Shown here piece after piece: positions 30,327 to 41,559 of a DNA stretch of 64,000 nt. The position numbers were made by a program, and so were the translations under genes. The stretch covers positions 1,280,001-1,344,000 of the forward strand of contig OZ244744.1 in the NCBI GenBank assembly GCA_965219455.1. Reading direction: 5' to 3'. Positions within the stretch are counted from its first letter, which is position 1, and every line of letters begins with the position of its first letter. The DNA comes from Candidatus Latescibacterota bacterium (GTDB taxonomy: Bacteria; Latescibacterota; UBA2968; GCA-2709665). Below the pieces are notes generated by a model that saw nothing but the letters and a program-made list of their open reading frames with translations, searched no databases and had not been told where the DNA came from.

Positions 30327-30498
30327 AACCGCCTGAAGATGCGTCTCTTGTGGGCGAACGCGGCCATAATGGAATGGGGGTCAGCCGACAGAGCACGTGG
30401 CCGGGAGTTGCGCGGCGCCCACAGATATAAGAAAATTTGTGACAATACAAGAAATCTTGTATACGACTGTTTGTGACCATTTCGTCCATGAGACGGCT

Positions 30499-30696
30499 AG
30501 TGTTCTGTCCCAGAAATAGGTTGCCTAAATTCGGCCGTCGAGTCGCCCGCCTCGCAAGGCGCCAGAGCGCAGGCGACCTGCGTAAGTTCGGCGAGCGAAG
30601 GCAACGCCGCGAGACCTGCCTGTCGCGCGTTGCTTGGCGCAGGCAGGCGGGATGAATCGGCGGCAGAATGGTTAGATATTTTTGAGACAGGACACT
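30499..30696. mobile_element. MITE-like element, copy 2, flanked CTAG..CTAG and carrying a 33-bp hairpin insertion (30615-30647)
   Basis: TIRs AGTGTTCTGTC / GACAGGACACT; aligns to 2146-2309. Confidence 0.85.
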
Positions 30697-32541
30697 AGCA
30701 CCTACGCACCAATCTTCCAAGTGTTTTTGCCTTTTCATTCGTGTCTATCGGTGTTCATCGGTAGTTGCATTTGCCTTTCCCCCAGCCCCCGCTCAAGATG
30801 ACGCTGTTTTACCGAAATCGTTGACAAATATCAGAAAATCGCCAAACCCAATCTCGCCATTGCCATTCAGATCATACCGAGCGTCATACCTCGCATCGCC
30901 CCGGCTTAATCCGAATTGATCTACAAATCCCAAAAAATCGGCAAAGTCAACCGTACCACTGCCATCAAAGTCTGCGGGAAGAGCGGGTTTGTCAAACAGG
31001 ACCGCAACACCTCTCTTTTCCAGGTCTGGAATATATGTGTTGATGGCTGCTGAACTCAGCGGGTTGTCCTCGAGATTCAATGTGGTCAGGTTGGTTGCAA
31101 ATTCAAGCCCGATCAAATCGCGGATCTCTCGGTTCCTCAGGTCAAGTGTGGTCAAGCGTTCCACCTCAGCCCTGGTCAGAGGTCCGTAGCCGGATTTGCC
31201 CAAGGCTTCCCGAACGGCCGCTTTGAGGTTGAAGTCGGCCATATGTACTACGGGTGTGACATAAGGCGACAGGTTCCACAAGACGATGGTGTAATCCCCC
31301 TCTCTTTCATAACCGCCGCCTATTGACGTGGCGAAAGTTGTGCCATCGGGGGAAAATGCTGTACAAGCACCAAGCAGTCCAGCGTTAGTGTTGCCCTGAA
31401 ATCTCGCGATTCTTTCGTATGTATTTGCATCCCGAAGATCAATATCCCCACCCTGTGACGCGGTGATAATTTTTTCGCCATCAAGGGTAAATGACGCATA
31501 ACGGAGAAGATTATTCACCCTTACTATAAATTGATCCTTAAAGGCTCTTTTATCCACGTCCCAAAAAGCGACTTTGTTATTAAAAGCACCTGAAACGAGT
31601 GTTTTACCATCCGGTGAGAATGACACAGAAGTGACCGCGTTCTCATAGGGAAGGTTGGCAATCTCGGTCTTTGTCGCCACGTCCCATAGCCTGATCGTGC
31701 TATCAAAAGCACCCGAAGCGAGAGTCTTTCCATCCGGTGAAAATGCCACGCTCTGGACACCATGTGTATGGCCTATAAGAGGGGGGAGTTGGGTTTTTGT
31801 GGACATGTCCCATAGCCTGATTATGTTTGGGCCGCTCCCTTCGGCATCCGTTATTCCTGCGGCGAGGATTTTTCCATCGGGCGAAAAGGCCACACCTTTG
31901 GCGCTATTCCCCTTCTGTCTGTCCAGGGGGATGATGAGTTTGTGGGTCGAATTATGCAGCATCGAAAGGCCTATTTTGCGGATATTGCCGCGCGTATCCA
32001 CCGTCTCGAACGTCATCTTATGTACAAGAATAGTGGAGAGATTCGTAGCACCGGGATCCGATGGAATAATGCCGTCATACCGGAGGTCAACAGTCGCATT
32101 CGTCGCACCCCCTAATAGACGACCTGTCTTCAATTCGGGAGCGCCTGCGGAAAAGTGCGTTTCCGGTGTTGTGACAAATAGAGAGACCTGCTGAAGACCG
32201 TCAGGGTCGCTGAGTTCCAGTTGGATAGGGACGCTTGTTGCACCTGTCCGATATGAACGCGACGAAAGGATCTGGCACGTTGGCAAATCCAGCACATATT
32301 CCTGATACGTTGAACTATCGGAATTGAAATGGGGGTGTACGGCCAAATGCCCGGCGCTGAACTCGGATAACCTGGTTCGTCCACGACCATAAGACATGAT
32401 GTAGGCATCATTGTTGAAATTGTGCCACAATCCGAAAGCGTGTCCCAGTTCGTGGGCTGCTCTGGCAACGAAATTCGGGTCGATATATTGCCTCAACATC
32501 GCCCATCCACTATTTCTTGACGTTTGCAAACCAAGCCCTAA

Positions 32542-34222
32542 CCTGACTAATTCATGAAACTGAACGGAACAGTGTTTTTGGAAGTAGAAAGTGATCTGTA
32601 GAAGGGAAAATAGTCGAATGACGTGTTGGTGACGCGATGATGAGTAATTTTGGGTGTGCCGTCAGCATTGAGGGGTGTCGAGTGCTTTGATTTGTGGTTG
32701 GAAAGGACAGACGGATGCCTTGGTCTTACTTCGTGGCGATGAGAAAGGGATGGATCGGCCGGCGTGAAACGGCGTTATGGATATGCCTTTGCCAAATTAC
32801 AGAGGATGGTGTCATAGAGGTGTTTCAAGGGAAATGAGGTTGGCAAATGGAGTTTGATTTTGGTTTTGAGTTCGGACACTCTCCCGGCGACTTTGAGAAT
32901 GCGATTCTGAATGGTATTAAACTGGGCGTGCGTCCATTGGGTAGCCCGGAGTCCTTTTTCGGTAAGGGTCTGCATCAAGACATAAGCGGCACTATGCAGG
33001 AAGAGACGGAAGTGATTGGCTTCGAAGGTGTGACAGGAGGTACGATCGGAATGGAGAAAGGTTTTGTGATTCTTGATGAAGTTTTCCATCCTGCCGCGCG
33101 CGCAATAGACGGTTTTGTAGATGAATGAGGGCTGGCTACTTTTCAGGTTGGTGACGACAAAGCGTGTATTGGCTTGTCCGGAAGCGGTGATTTCAGCTTT
33201 GTAGATGATGCGCCTTGGCACGGCCCAGGTATGGGCTTGGTAAGCGAAACAGGTAAATAACTGCACGGGCTGTCCGGTTTCCCGATACTGGGCCTTTGCC
33301 TGCTCGATCAACGCGTGTCCCCGTTGTGCAAGCCTGGCATTGCCCGTCTGTCCCAGCACAAAATACACGTCTTGCTCGTCGCAAAAGTCGTGGACCTCAG
33401 GACAGGAAAAATGGCCATCGCCACGCAAAAAGATACGCACGTCCGGCCACGCCTCACGAAGGATTTTCACCAGTCGCTTAAGAATGCTGACAATCTGTTT
33501 GCCGGTAGGACGGGCGCCCGGACGCAGCAGCGTCGTGATCAGTCTTCCTGTCCGGCCTTCATAAATGTGCAAGGGACAGTAACAGCGTTCATCGTAATAG
33601 CCATTGAACAACGACAACTGTTGCTTGCCGTGAACCTCGTCATCGGTGTCATCGATATCCAGAACGACCGCGTCGGGAGGCCTATCGTAGGACGCGATAA
33701 ATCCGTCCACAAGGGCCTCGGCAATACGATATAAGTCCCTGCGACGAATCCCGTTTTCCAATCGACTCATCGTGGGTTGGCTGGCCAACGGCGCCCCTGA
33801 TATCGGCAACCGATCACAGGCCGCCTTGAACGCAGGGTCCTCGCGCAACACATTGCAATCGTTCGCGTCTTCATACGCGCACGCGATCTGAAAGACACGC
33901 TGGCTGATCAGGTCCACCATCGTGTGATCCACATAACTTGGATGCCGACGGTCCGTTAACGCCTCGACGATCCGAGACAGGATGCCGATTCTGGACGCCA
34001 CCTCACGAAGCAGCATCAACCCGATATCGCTGGTGAGCACACCGCCATCGAAGACGGCTTCCACCTGCTTGCCCGAAACACTTGCGAAAGGAAGTGCGAG
34101 TTGACTATCTTGAACTTCCACGGTAGTTTCCTCCCGGTTCATTGTTGTATGGTTATCGGTCTAACCATAATATAATACAATGACTTGGGTAAGGAAACTA
34201 CCTTTTTTATGAATTATTCGGG
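32542..34222 (-). mobile_element. IS1380-family insertion sequence (1681 bp)
   Basis: Imperfect TIRs CCTGACTAATTCATGAAA / CCCGAATAATTCATAAAA; 4-bp target duplication CTAA (32538-32541 and 34223-34226). Confidence 0.93.
32775..34142 (-). CDS. IS1380-family transposase
   Basis: FDGGVLTSD, YEDAND, ASQPTMSRLEN, LDIDDT, RGDGHF, YCARGRMENFIK. Confidence 0.95.
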   Translation of the reverse strand: MNREETTVEVQDSQLALPFASVSGKQVEAVFDGGVLTSDIGLMLLREVASRIGILSRIVEALTDRRHPSYVDHTMVDLISQRVFQIACAYEDANDCNVLREDPAFKAACDRLPISGAPLASQPTMSRLENGIRRRDLYRIAEALVDGFIASYDRPPDAVVLDIDDTDDEVHGKQQLSLFNGYYDERCYCPLHIYEGRTGRLITTLLRPGARPTGKQIVSILKRLVKILREAWPDVRIFLRGDGHFSCPEVHDFCDEQDVYFVLGQTGNARLAQRGHALIEQAKAQYRETGQPVQLFTCFAYQAHTWAVPRRIIYKAEITASGQANTRFVVTNLKSSQPSFIYKTVYCARGRMENFIKNHKTFLHSDRTSCHTFEANHFRLFLHSAAYVLMQTLTEKGLRATQWTHAQFNTIQNRILKVAGRVSELKTKIKLHLPTSFPLKHLYDTILCNLAKAYP

Positions 34223-35092
34223 CTAATACATTTCGAAGTTGAATGTCTTCCTCGTTGCCCAGGACGATGAAGTAAATATTTGATTCGAGATCATATCCAT
34301 ATTCCCATCTAATTCTCTGAAGCGCACGCGCATAGTCGTAATTACCTCCGGTACCATATACGACATGAACCATGGGTTCACCTGGTGCATCTGTTTCATA
34401 ATTGAAGGTTCTTTCTCCGAACCCGTGCGCGCTTATCTGGTCTTCATAAATGCGCTGTACTTCCCGAATGGTTGTCTTCATCTTATCGACCACTTCTTGC
34501 CTGAACCCCTGCGGGTCGGACACGAAGTAGATCATCCTTACGGTGCGCGGCTCTCCCGCATCCAGGAGGGCCGGCTTGGCCGCTGCAGGTTGAGTTTGGC
34601 GATAGTGCTCAAGTTTCGCCAAATCGACCGGGACGCAAAAATGACTACTATCCTCCGCAGCATCGCTCACTGACGAGATCAGCAGGCATAAGGACAGGTT
34701 AAATATGAACTTTTTCATGATTTGGCCTCCTGACGGTGGATTTATATTCCTTCCCGCCGCAATGAATCGTACCCTGTCCACTGACACGTCAATTCCTCCA
34801 TCGGTGCCAGACGCCCCGGCACTTTCCCATATCAAACACCCGGCTTCAACCCCTTGTTGGAAGTTTGTCTGATGACACATTTGTACTTATATTGTGAAAT
34901 ATAAGGAATTTCTGTGAACTTCTAGTGATCGTAGGACCAATGGAGATGATCTTTTGGTGTGCAATCGCCAATGGCGTTAAAAATCTCCGAAAAAGTAAGG
35001 ATGCCGGTCGATAAATAACCGGTTTCTTCACGTTGCCGGAATTCTGACGACGGCGAAGACTAGTGCGCCTGACGCCCGGTGTGGAGGGAAAA

Positions 35093-37469
35093 ATGGAACG
35101 AGCCGAAGCGTTGGAACGAGAGGTAAAGACGCTGCGGGAGCGGCTGTCGCGGCTGAGCGATGCGAGCCTCCGCATCAACGAGAGTCTCGACTTCGAGACT
35201 GTGTTACAAGGGGTCCTGGACAGCGCGCGTGTGCTGACCGGCTCGCGTTACGGCGTGATGACGCTCAGTGACGTAACGGGACAGCCGCGGGACTGCGTGG
35301 CATCCGGAATGACACCCGAGCAGAGCAGGCAGTTCTGGAAAATGCCGAACGGCCTGTAGTTCTTCGCGGCAATGCAGAAAATTAAGGAACCGCTGCGGCT
35401 GCGCGACTTCCACAGCCATACCCGGGAGATGGGCCTTCCCGCGTTCCGCCCGCCGATACCGGTAGGCGATGTTCTTACCTTTCTGGCGGCGCCGGTCCGG
35501 CACAGAGGGGAATCCGTCGGCAACATCTATCTCGCCGAGAAGGAGGGTGGCTGTGCGTTCACACAGGAAGACGAAGAAACGCTGGTGATGTTTGCGTCAC
35601 AGGCCGCATTGGTCATCGCCAACGCGCGGCGCTACAGGGACGAAAAAAAAGCCAAGGCCGATCTCGAGGCCCTGATCAACACGTCGCCGGTTGGCGTTGC
35701 TGTCTTCGACGTCAGTACCGGAAAGGCGGTATCGTTCAACCGCGAGGCCGTGAGAATTTTCGAGAATCTGCGGACCGGGGATCATCCTCCTGAGGAACTC
35801 CTGGAAGTTCTCACTTTCCGCAGGGCCGACGGGCGGAACGTCTCACTCCGAGACGTCTCACTGGCCCAGGCTCTCAGCACCGGCGAGACGATCCGCGCCG
35901 AGGAAGTCGTCTTCGAGGTTCCCGACGGCCGTATGATACGCGCCCTCATCAACGCCACCCCGATACACGCGGATGACGGCAGGGTCGCGTCCTTCGTCGT
36001 CACGCTGCAGGACATGACCCACCTCGAGGAATTGGAGCGGATGCGGGCGGGGTTCCTGGCCATGGTAAGCCACGAGTTGCGGGCGCCGCTGGCTGCCATC
36101 AAGGGTTCCTCCACAACGGTACTGGGCGACGCCGTCTCCCTGGGCACCTCGGAAATGGTCCAGTTCTTCCGCATTATAGACCAGCAGGCCGACCATATGG
36201 GCGTCCTGATCAACGACCTGCTGGACGTGGCGCGCATCCAGGCAGGCACCCTGACGATCAATTCCGAAGCGATGGCGGTTATCACACTGGTGGAGCAGGC
36301 CCGGAATACCATTCTGAGCGGGTGGGGCAGAAACAACATTCACATTGAACTGGCGCCCGCCCTTTCCCCTGTGATGGCGGACCGCCGGCGCATCGTCCAG
36401 GTACTCGACAATCTCCTTTCGAACGCGGCCCGGCACTCGCCCGATGAGTCGCCTATCGTCGTGACCGCCGTACAGGAAGGGGTCCACGTCGTGTTCTCAG
36501 TAACCGATAAGGGTCGTGGGGTGGCTCCCGATCGGCCTGCCGCATCTTTTTCAGAAGCCCTCCGAGGTCGACGCGAATGGCGCGGACGATACGGGTTCAG
36601 GCCTGGGTCTGGCCATCTGCAAGGGCATCGTGGAAGCCCATGGCGGCAGAATTTGGGCAGAGAGTCAGGGAGTGGGCCTGGGAACACGGGTCACGTTCAC
36701 GATTCCGATTGCCGAGGATGCCGGGCATGTCGCACCCGCCGGACCTACCGTCTCTCACGCGCAGAAGAAGGGGCGAAACCGAACACGAATCCTGGTCGTA
36801 GACGATGACCCGCAGACGCTGCGCAACTTGCGGGAGGCACTCTCGAAATCGGGTTATGTTCCGGTCGTGACCGGCGATCCGCACGAAGTGCCGACCCTTA
36901 TTGAGGAGCACCGTCCCCAGCTCGTATTGATGGACCTGGTTCTGCCGGGTATCGACGGAATTGAGGTGATGAAGCGCATCCTGGAAGACACGGTCATCCC
37001 GATCATTTTCCTTTCCGCCTACGGTCACGAGGAAGCGATCGCCCGGGCCTTCGACGCCGGGGCCGACGATTACGTCATCAAGCCGTTCTCGCCGACGGAA
37101 CTCACGGCCAGGATCAGGGCCGCCCTCCGAAAGCGGCCTGCGCAAGCTTCGCCCGCGCCGTTAACGCCTTTTGTGCTGGGGAATTTGACCATCGACTACG
37201 CCGCGCGCAAGGTGGCCGTTGAGGGACACACCGTACGGATGACCGACATCGAGTACCGGCTGCTGGTGGAACTTTCGATCAACGCTGGCCGGATATTGAC
37301 ATACAATTATCTTCTGGAACGGATATGGCTGGCCTGGGGATCCACCGATAACCGGCGATTACGCTCGGCCGTGAAGAACATCCGCCGCAAACTCCACGAC
37401 GAGGCGAGCAACCCCACCTACATCTTCAACGAGCCTCGCGTCGGCTATCGTTTGGGAATGCCTGAGTAA
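35093..37469 (+). pseudogene. GAF-PAS-HisKA-HATPase-REC-OmpR wHTH fused kinase/regulator, disrupted
   Basis: In-frame TAG at 35357-35359 and a +1 C at 36536-36537 (GATCGGCCTGCCG for D-R-L-P). SHELRAPL, NLLSNA, GLGLAI, VVDDD, YVIKPF, PRVGYR motifs. Confidence 0.88.
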
Positions 37470-37898
37470 ACAGGACTCGCGCCGGTGACGATCGGGCCAA
37501 TGACCGACGCCCGGGTCAGGCGAATTCAGCCCGACAGGCACGCACGATTCGTCCGCAGTGTAATTCATCAGCAAAGTCTGCTTGACGGGATCTCAAGAAT
37601 CCGCATTTCTTTCGTCTTCCGTACGTGGACTTTCGCTCTGTGCGTAGGGGTTCGATACGGGTTTCCCGATTGCTTTATGCGGATCTCCGTTTCAACGGGA
37701 TTGTACCGAACAACGCCATCGTGACGAGGGCCGTGACGTCCAATCGCTACTGGCGCGAGGTGAGGTCGGAAGGCCTGGACCAGGCCATGGTGGATGCGGA
37801 GGCAGACGCCGGCAAGATGCTGAATGCGGGAAGGACCAAAGCCGCCTGAAGACGGCTGTCAACAGGACTGTAGAGACAGGAGGATGGGGGACCGGGCA

Positions 37899-37924
37899 AG
37901 GGCAACCACAAGGGTTGCCCGTAC
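37899..37924 (-). repeat. GTAG-type REP palindrome
   Basis: Reverse-complement variant of 585-610 and 41955-41979; another variant at 49398-49422. Confidence 0.75.
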
Positions 37925-38014
37925 AACGGGTGTGGTTTGGATAGAGAAACCAAAACAGGCTGGCTTCGGGAGTACTGGCACAAACGATCCGAATTCGCGA
38001 TGGCCCCGCCGGTT

Positions 38015-40177
38015 TCACTCGGCTGGCGCCACTGAGTCTCCCGTCCCCGCCCGGATGCGTTGGGGCAGCGAGGTGTACCGGTCGGCCACGCGGTTGTTCT
38101 TGATGGCGATCGCCAGGGCTTTCCGCGTACCGACGATGACGACCAGGTCCCGGGCTCTTGTCACGGCCGTGTAGAGCAGATTTCGCTGGAGCATCATATA
38201 ATGCTGGGTGGTCAGCGGCAGTACGACCACGGGATACTCCGACCCCTGGCTCTTGTGCACGCTGGTGGCGTAGGCAGGCACGATCTCATCCAGTTCGGTG
38301 AATTCGTACCCCACGGTCCGCTCCGGGTACCGCACCGCCAGGGCCTGGTTCGTCGAATCGATCCCCGCGACCCGTCCGATATCCCCGTTGAACACGTCCC
38401 TGTCGTAATTGTTGCGCACCTGCATCACCTTGTCCCCCACCCGGAACCGCACGCCGCCGCGCTGCAGTTCCTGCCCGTTCGGATTGAGCCGCTCCTGGAG
38501 CACCCGGTTCAGGTTCGTCGCGCCGGTCTCGCCTCGATACATCGGCGCCATCACCTGAATATCGTCAATCGCATCCACGCCGTAGGCGCGAGGGAGCCGG
38601 TCCTTGCAAAGCCCGCAGACCGTCTCCGCCACCTCCTCCGGATCCTCCACCTGCGAGAAAAAGAAATCCGAACCCCGGCTGTTATCCAATTCCGGAAGTT
38701 CGCCGGCCAGGATCCGGTGTGCGTTCATCACAATCCGGCTTTCCCGCGCCTGCCGGAAAATCTCGGTCAGCGCCACGACAGCCGCCTCCCCGGAGCCGAT
38801 GATATCCTTCAATACATTCCCCGGCCCCACCGAAGGCAGCTGGTCCACGTCCCCCACCAGAACCACCGTAGCGCTCAGCGGTACCGCCTGCAGGAGACTG
38901 TTCATCAATGCCACGTCCACCATCGAGACTTCGTCCACGATGATCGCATCGCACGTCAGAGGGTTATCGAAGTTCATATCGAATTTCAACTCGCCCGGGC
39001 TGAACTTGAGCAGCCTGTGGATGGTTTTGGCGTCCCGCCCCGTGGCTTCCGCCATCCGTTTTGCCGCCCGTCCGGTGGGCGCAGCCAGCAACACGCCTTT
39101 GTCCCGCGCCTCGAAGAGGGCGATCAAGCCCCTGATGGTCGTGGTCTTGCCAGTCCCGGGGCCACCGGTAAGCACGAGCAGGCTGTGGGAAAGGGCCTTC
39201 TCCAGCGCAACCTTCTGCAGAGAGGCGAACCGGATCCCGTCGCGTTTCTCGATCGCCGCGATCTCCGCATCGATATTGCGCGTTTCAACGCGCCGGATGC
39301 TGGAGAACTGATGCACCCGCGTCGCCACGCCCTTTTCGGCATAGTAAAGAGATGGAATGTAGATCCGGTCCTCCTCGACAACCACCTCCTCGGTTTCGCG
39401 TAGCAGGTCGATACACGGGGCGATCAATTCGTGCGACACTTCAAGCGTCTCCGCGCACCGGTCCATCAACTCCATCACCGGCAGATAGACGTGCCCGTCG
39501 GACTGCGCCGCGGTCTCCAGCACATAGCGGATACCCGCGAGGACCCGTTGCTCCGAGTGGGGTTCCACGCCCAGTTTCTGAGCGATCCGGTCGGCGGTGG
39601 CGAAACCGATACCCCAGACGTCGCGGGACAGGCGGTACGGATTCTCCTGAATCAGTGAAACCGAGTCCTGCCCGTATTGCTTCCAGATCTTCACGGCGTG
39701 CCCCGTGCCCACGTCGTGCGACTGCAGAAACAGCATCACGTTGTGGATCTCGCGCTGCTCCTTCCAGGCATCCTCGATCATCCTGGCGCGCTTTCTGCCC
39801 AGCCCCTCCACCTCCACCAGCCGCTTCGAGGCCTTCTCGATCACTTCCAGCGTTTTCTTGCCGAAATGATCCACGATTCGTCCGGCCATCACCGGTCCGA
39901 TACCTTTGATCAGCCCCGAGCCCAGGTACTTTCGCATTCCATGCACGGTGGATGGATATACCTTTTCGTATGACTCGATCTTGAACTGGCGGCCGTACCG
40001 GGCGTGGTCCGTCCATTCGCCGTCCAGGGCCACGCACTCCCCCGCGGTCAGCGAAAGCGTTGTGCCCACAACGGTGACCTCCTCACCCGAACCTTCGGGT
40101 TGCAGCTTGGCAACCGTATAGCCGCTTTCTTCACTCTGAAACGTAATCCGCTCCACAATGCCCTGAAGCCGCTCCAT
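38015..40177 (-). CDS. recD2: ATP-dependent RecD-like DNA helicase RecD2
   Basis: YLGSGLIKGIG, NPYRL, GGPGTGKTT, APTGRAAKR, VDEVSM, GDVDQLPSVG, HKSQGSE, YTAVTRA. Confidence 0.96.
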   Translation of the reverse strand: MERLQGIVERITFQSEESGYTVAKLQPEGSGEEVTVVGTTLSLTAGECVALDGEWTDHARYGRQFKIESYEKVYPSTVHGMRKYLGSGLIKGIGPVMAGRIVDHFGKKTLEVIEKASKRLVEVEGLGRKRARMIEDAWKEQREIHNVMLFLQSHDVGTGHAVKIWKQYGQDSVSLIQENPYRLSRDVWGIGFATADRIAQKLGVEPHSEQRVLAGIRYVLETAAQSDGHVYLPVMELMDRCAETLEVSHELIAPCIDLLRETEEVVVEEDRIYIPSLYYAEKGVATRVHQFSSIRRVETRNIDAEIAAIEKRDGIRFASLQKVALEKALSHSLLVLTGGPGTGKTTTIRGLIALFEARDKGVLLAAPTGRAAKRMAEATGRDAKTIHRLLKFSPGELKFDMNFDNPLTCDAIIVDEVSMVDVALMNSLLQAVPLSATVVLVGDVDQLPSVGPGNVLKDIIGSGEAAVVALTEIFRQARESRIVMNAHRILAGELPELDNSRGSDFFFSQVEDPEEVAETVCGLCKDRLPRAYGVDAIDDIQVMAPMYRGETGATNLNRVLQERLNPNGQELQRGGVRFRVGDKVMQVRNNYDRDVFNGDIGRVAGIDSTNQALAVRYPERTVGYEFTELDEIVPAYATSVHKSQGSEYPVVVLPLTTQHYMMLQRNLLYTAVTRARDLVVIVGTRKALAIAIKNNRVADRYTSLPQRIRAGTGDSVAPAE

Positions 40178-40254
40178 GGATCCTTCCTCTGAATCTGTCT
40201 GCGTGCGCGGATTGATCGCCGAAAAAACCGGCGCATCGCACCGTCACCGGAATC

Positions 40255-41418
40255 TCACGCCTTGTACACGACCTCACCCCGGACGATCGTCGCCACGATG
40301 GATAGCGCGGGCTGTCCCTCCGCCCAGCGGAACAGCGTCAGGCTCGCGTCCATTCCGGGCGCCACGCGGCCCAGCCTGCCGTCAACGCCCAGCAGCCGCG
40401 CCGGGTTGATGGTTGCCGTCTCCAACGCCTCGGCCAGCGTGGCGTCGGTATAGGCGACCGTATTCGGAATCCCGTAATCCAGAAACAGCGACGCCCCAGC
40501 CAGGTACGGCGTGCCCGCCAGGGAGATCTTCCCGTTCTCGTGTATCTCCACCTCGTCGCTTCCATAGCTCCGGCCGTAAATGCCGGGCGGCAGCCCGGCA
40601 ATGGACGACACGTCGCTGACCAGGCAGATCCGCTCTTTCTGCTTGGTCCTGTAGAAACTCTTCAACACAGGCGGCGGAAGATGGTGACCGTCCGGGATGA
40701 TCCCCGCCCAGAGTTCGTCGGCGGCAAGCTGCTCCCAGATATAGTTATCGTGGCGGGGAATCTCCGCGTGCGCTCCGTTGCCCAGGTGGGTGGACATCCG
40801 CGCGCCGGCCGCCACCGCCTCCCGGATCCGGGCCCGGCTGGCCCCGGTATGCCCCAGGGCGACGATGACGCCCGCGTCCGATGCCTTCTCGATAAAGGCC
40901 AGGGATCCCTTCCGTTCCGGCGCAAGGGTCAGAATCCTGATCCGGCCGCCGGCCGCCTCCTGGTAACGGCAGAACTCATCCCAGTCGGGATCCCGCGTGT
41001 GCACCAGGGGATGCGCCCCTCTGGGACCGTCCTCGGATGCGATATAGGGCCCCTCAACGTGAAAACCCACAAACGACGCATTTGCGGTATCCGACTGCTC
41101 GCATGCCATGGCCAGCGCCCGCAAACCCGAAATCGCCTGTTCCGCAGGGGACGTCGTTACCGTGGGACAGAAAAGCGCCGTACCCGCCCTGTACGGCCAT
41201 TCACTGGCCTGCAGCACCCGCTCCACCGTCAGATCCCCGGAACTGTAGTTGATCCCGCCGGCCCCGTTGACCTGAACGTCGAATAATCCCGGCGAAATCC
41301 ACACGTCATCGCCCCCCAACGCCGGCGCGCCGTCGTCTTCGATGCTTGCGATTCGACCGTCTTCTATCGTTACCGACACGGGCGCTTCCGTACCCACAAT
41401 TTTACCCCGAAGAACCAT
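40255..41418 (-). CDS. nagA: N-acetylglucosamine-6-phosphate deacetylase family amidohydrolase
   Basis: PGLFDVQVNG, HVEGPY, GAH, TLAPE, LGHT, THLGNG, DGHH, VSD, LAG. Confidence 0.88.
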   Translation of the reverse strand: MVLRGKIVGTEAPVSVTIEDGRIASIEDDGAPALGGDDVWISPGLFDVQVNGAGGINYSSGDLTVERVLQASEWPYRAGTALFCPTVTTSPAEQAISGLRALAMACEQSDTANASFVGFHVEGPYIASEDGPRGAHPLVHTRDPDWDEFCRYQEAAGGRIRILTLAPERKGSLAFIEKASDAGVIVALGHTGASRARIREAVAAGARMSTHLGNGAHAEIPRHDNYIWEQLAADELWAGIIPDGHHLPPPVLKSFYRTKQKERICLVSDVSSIAGLPPGIYGRSYGSDEVEIHENGKISLAGTPYLAGASLFLDYGIPNTVAYTDATLAEALETATINPARLLGVDGRLGRVAPGMDASLTLFRWAEGQPALSIVATIVRGEVVYKA

Positions 41419-41559
41419 TGTTTCTCCTTTGCATGTACTGTCCTGTTTCCGAAATATTCAGCCGCCGGTTCAACCTCCCTCGCTACGTTGTTTACGTTGC
41501 GCTTGTCGGAACGGCCTGTCGAAACCAGTTCGCGATTCGGCGTCCATGAGACTGAATAT

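Larger units (their letters stand above)
30793..34718 (-). pseudogene. Secreted metzincin-like peptidase + WD40 + LRR + dockerin-like tail, interrupted by IS1380
   Basis: 5' part 34718-34223 (signal peptide, GEPRTVRMIYF); 3' part 32541-30793 (HELGHAFGLWH..IMSY, VAFSPDG repeats, DFDGSGTVDFADF). Removing the IS and one CTAA restores the frame ..NVLGLGLQTSRN.. Confidence 0.9.

Noticed and set aside
30349-30423. tRNA, suggested by tRNA-like length and terminal stem
   Set aside because: No TTC T-loop, D-arm or anticodon arm; kept only as a low-interest hairpin.
35357-35359. In-frame TAG as a pyrrolysine or read-through codon
   Set aside because: The same gene has an independent frameshift and no pyl genes are visible; a nonsense mutation is simpler.
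36536-36537. Programmed frameshift between the kinase and regulator parts
   Set aside because: It falls inside the HATPase domain and has no slippery run.
37625-37849. 74-aa ORF downstream of the kinase pseudogene
   Set aside because: No RBS or recognisable motif; at most a gene fragment.
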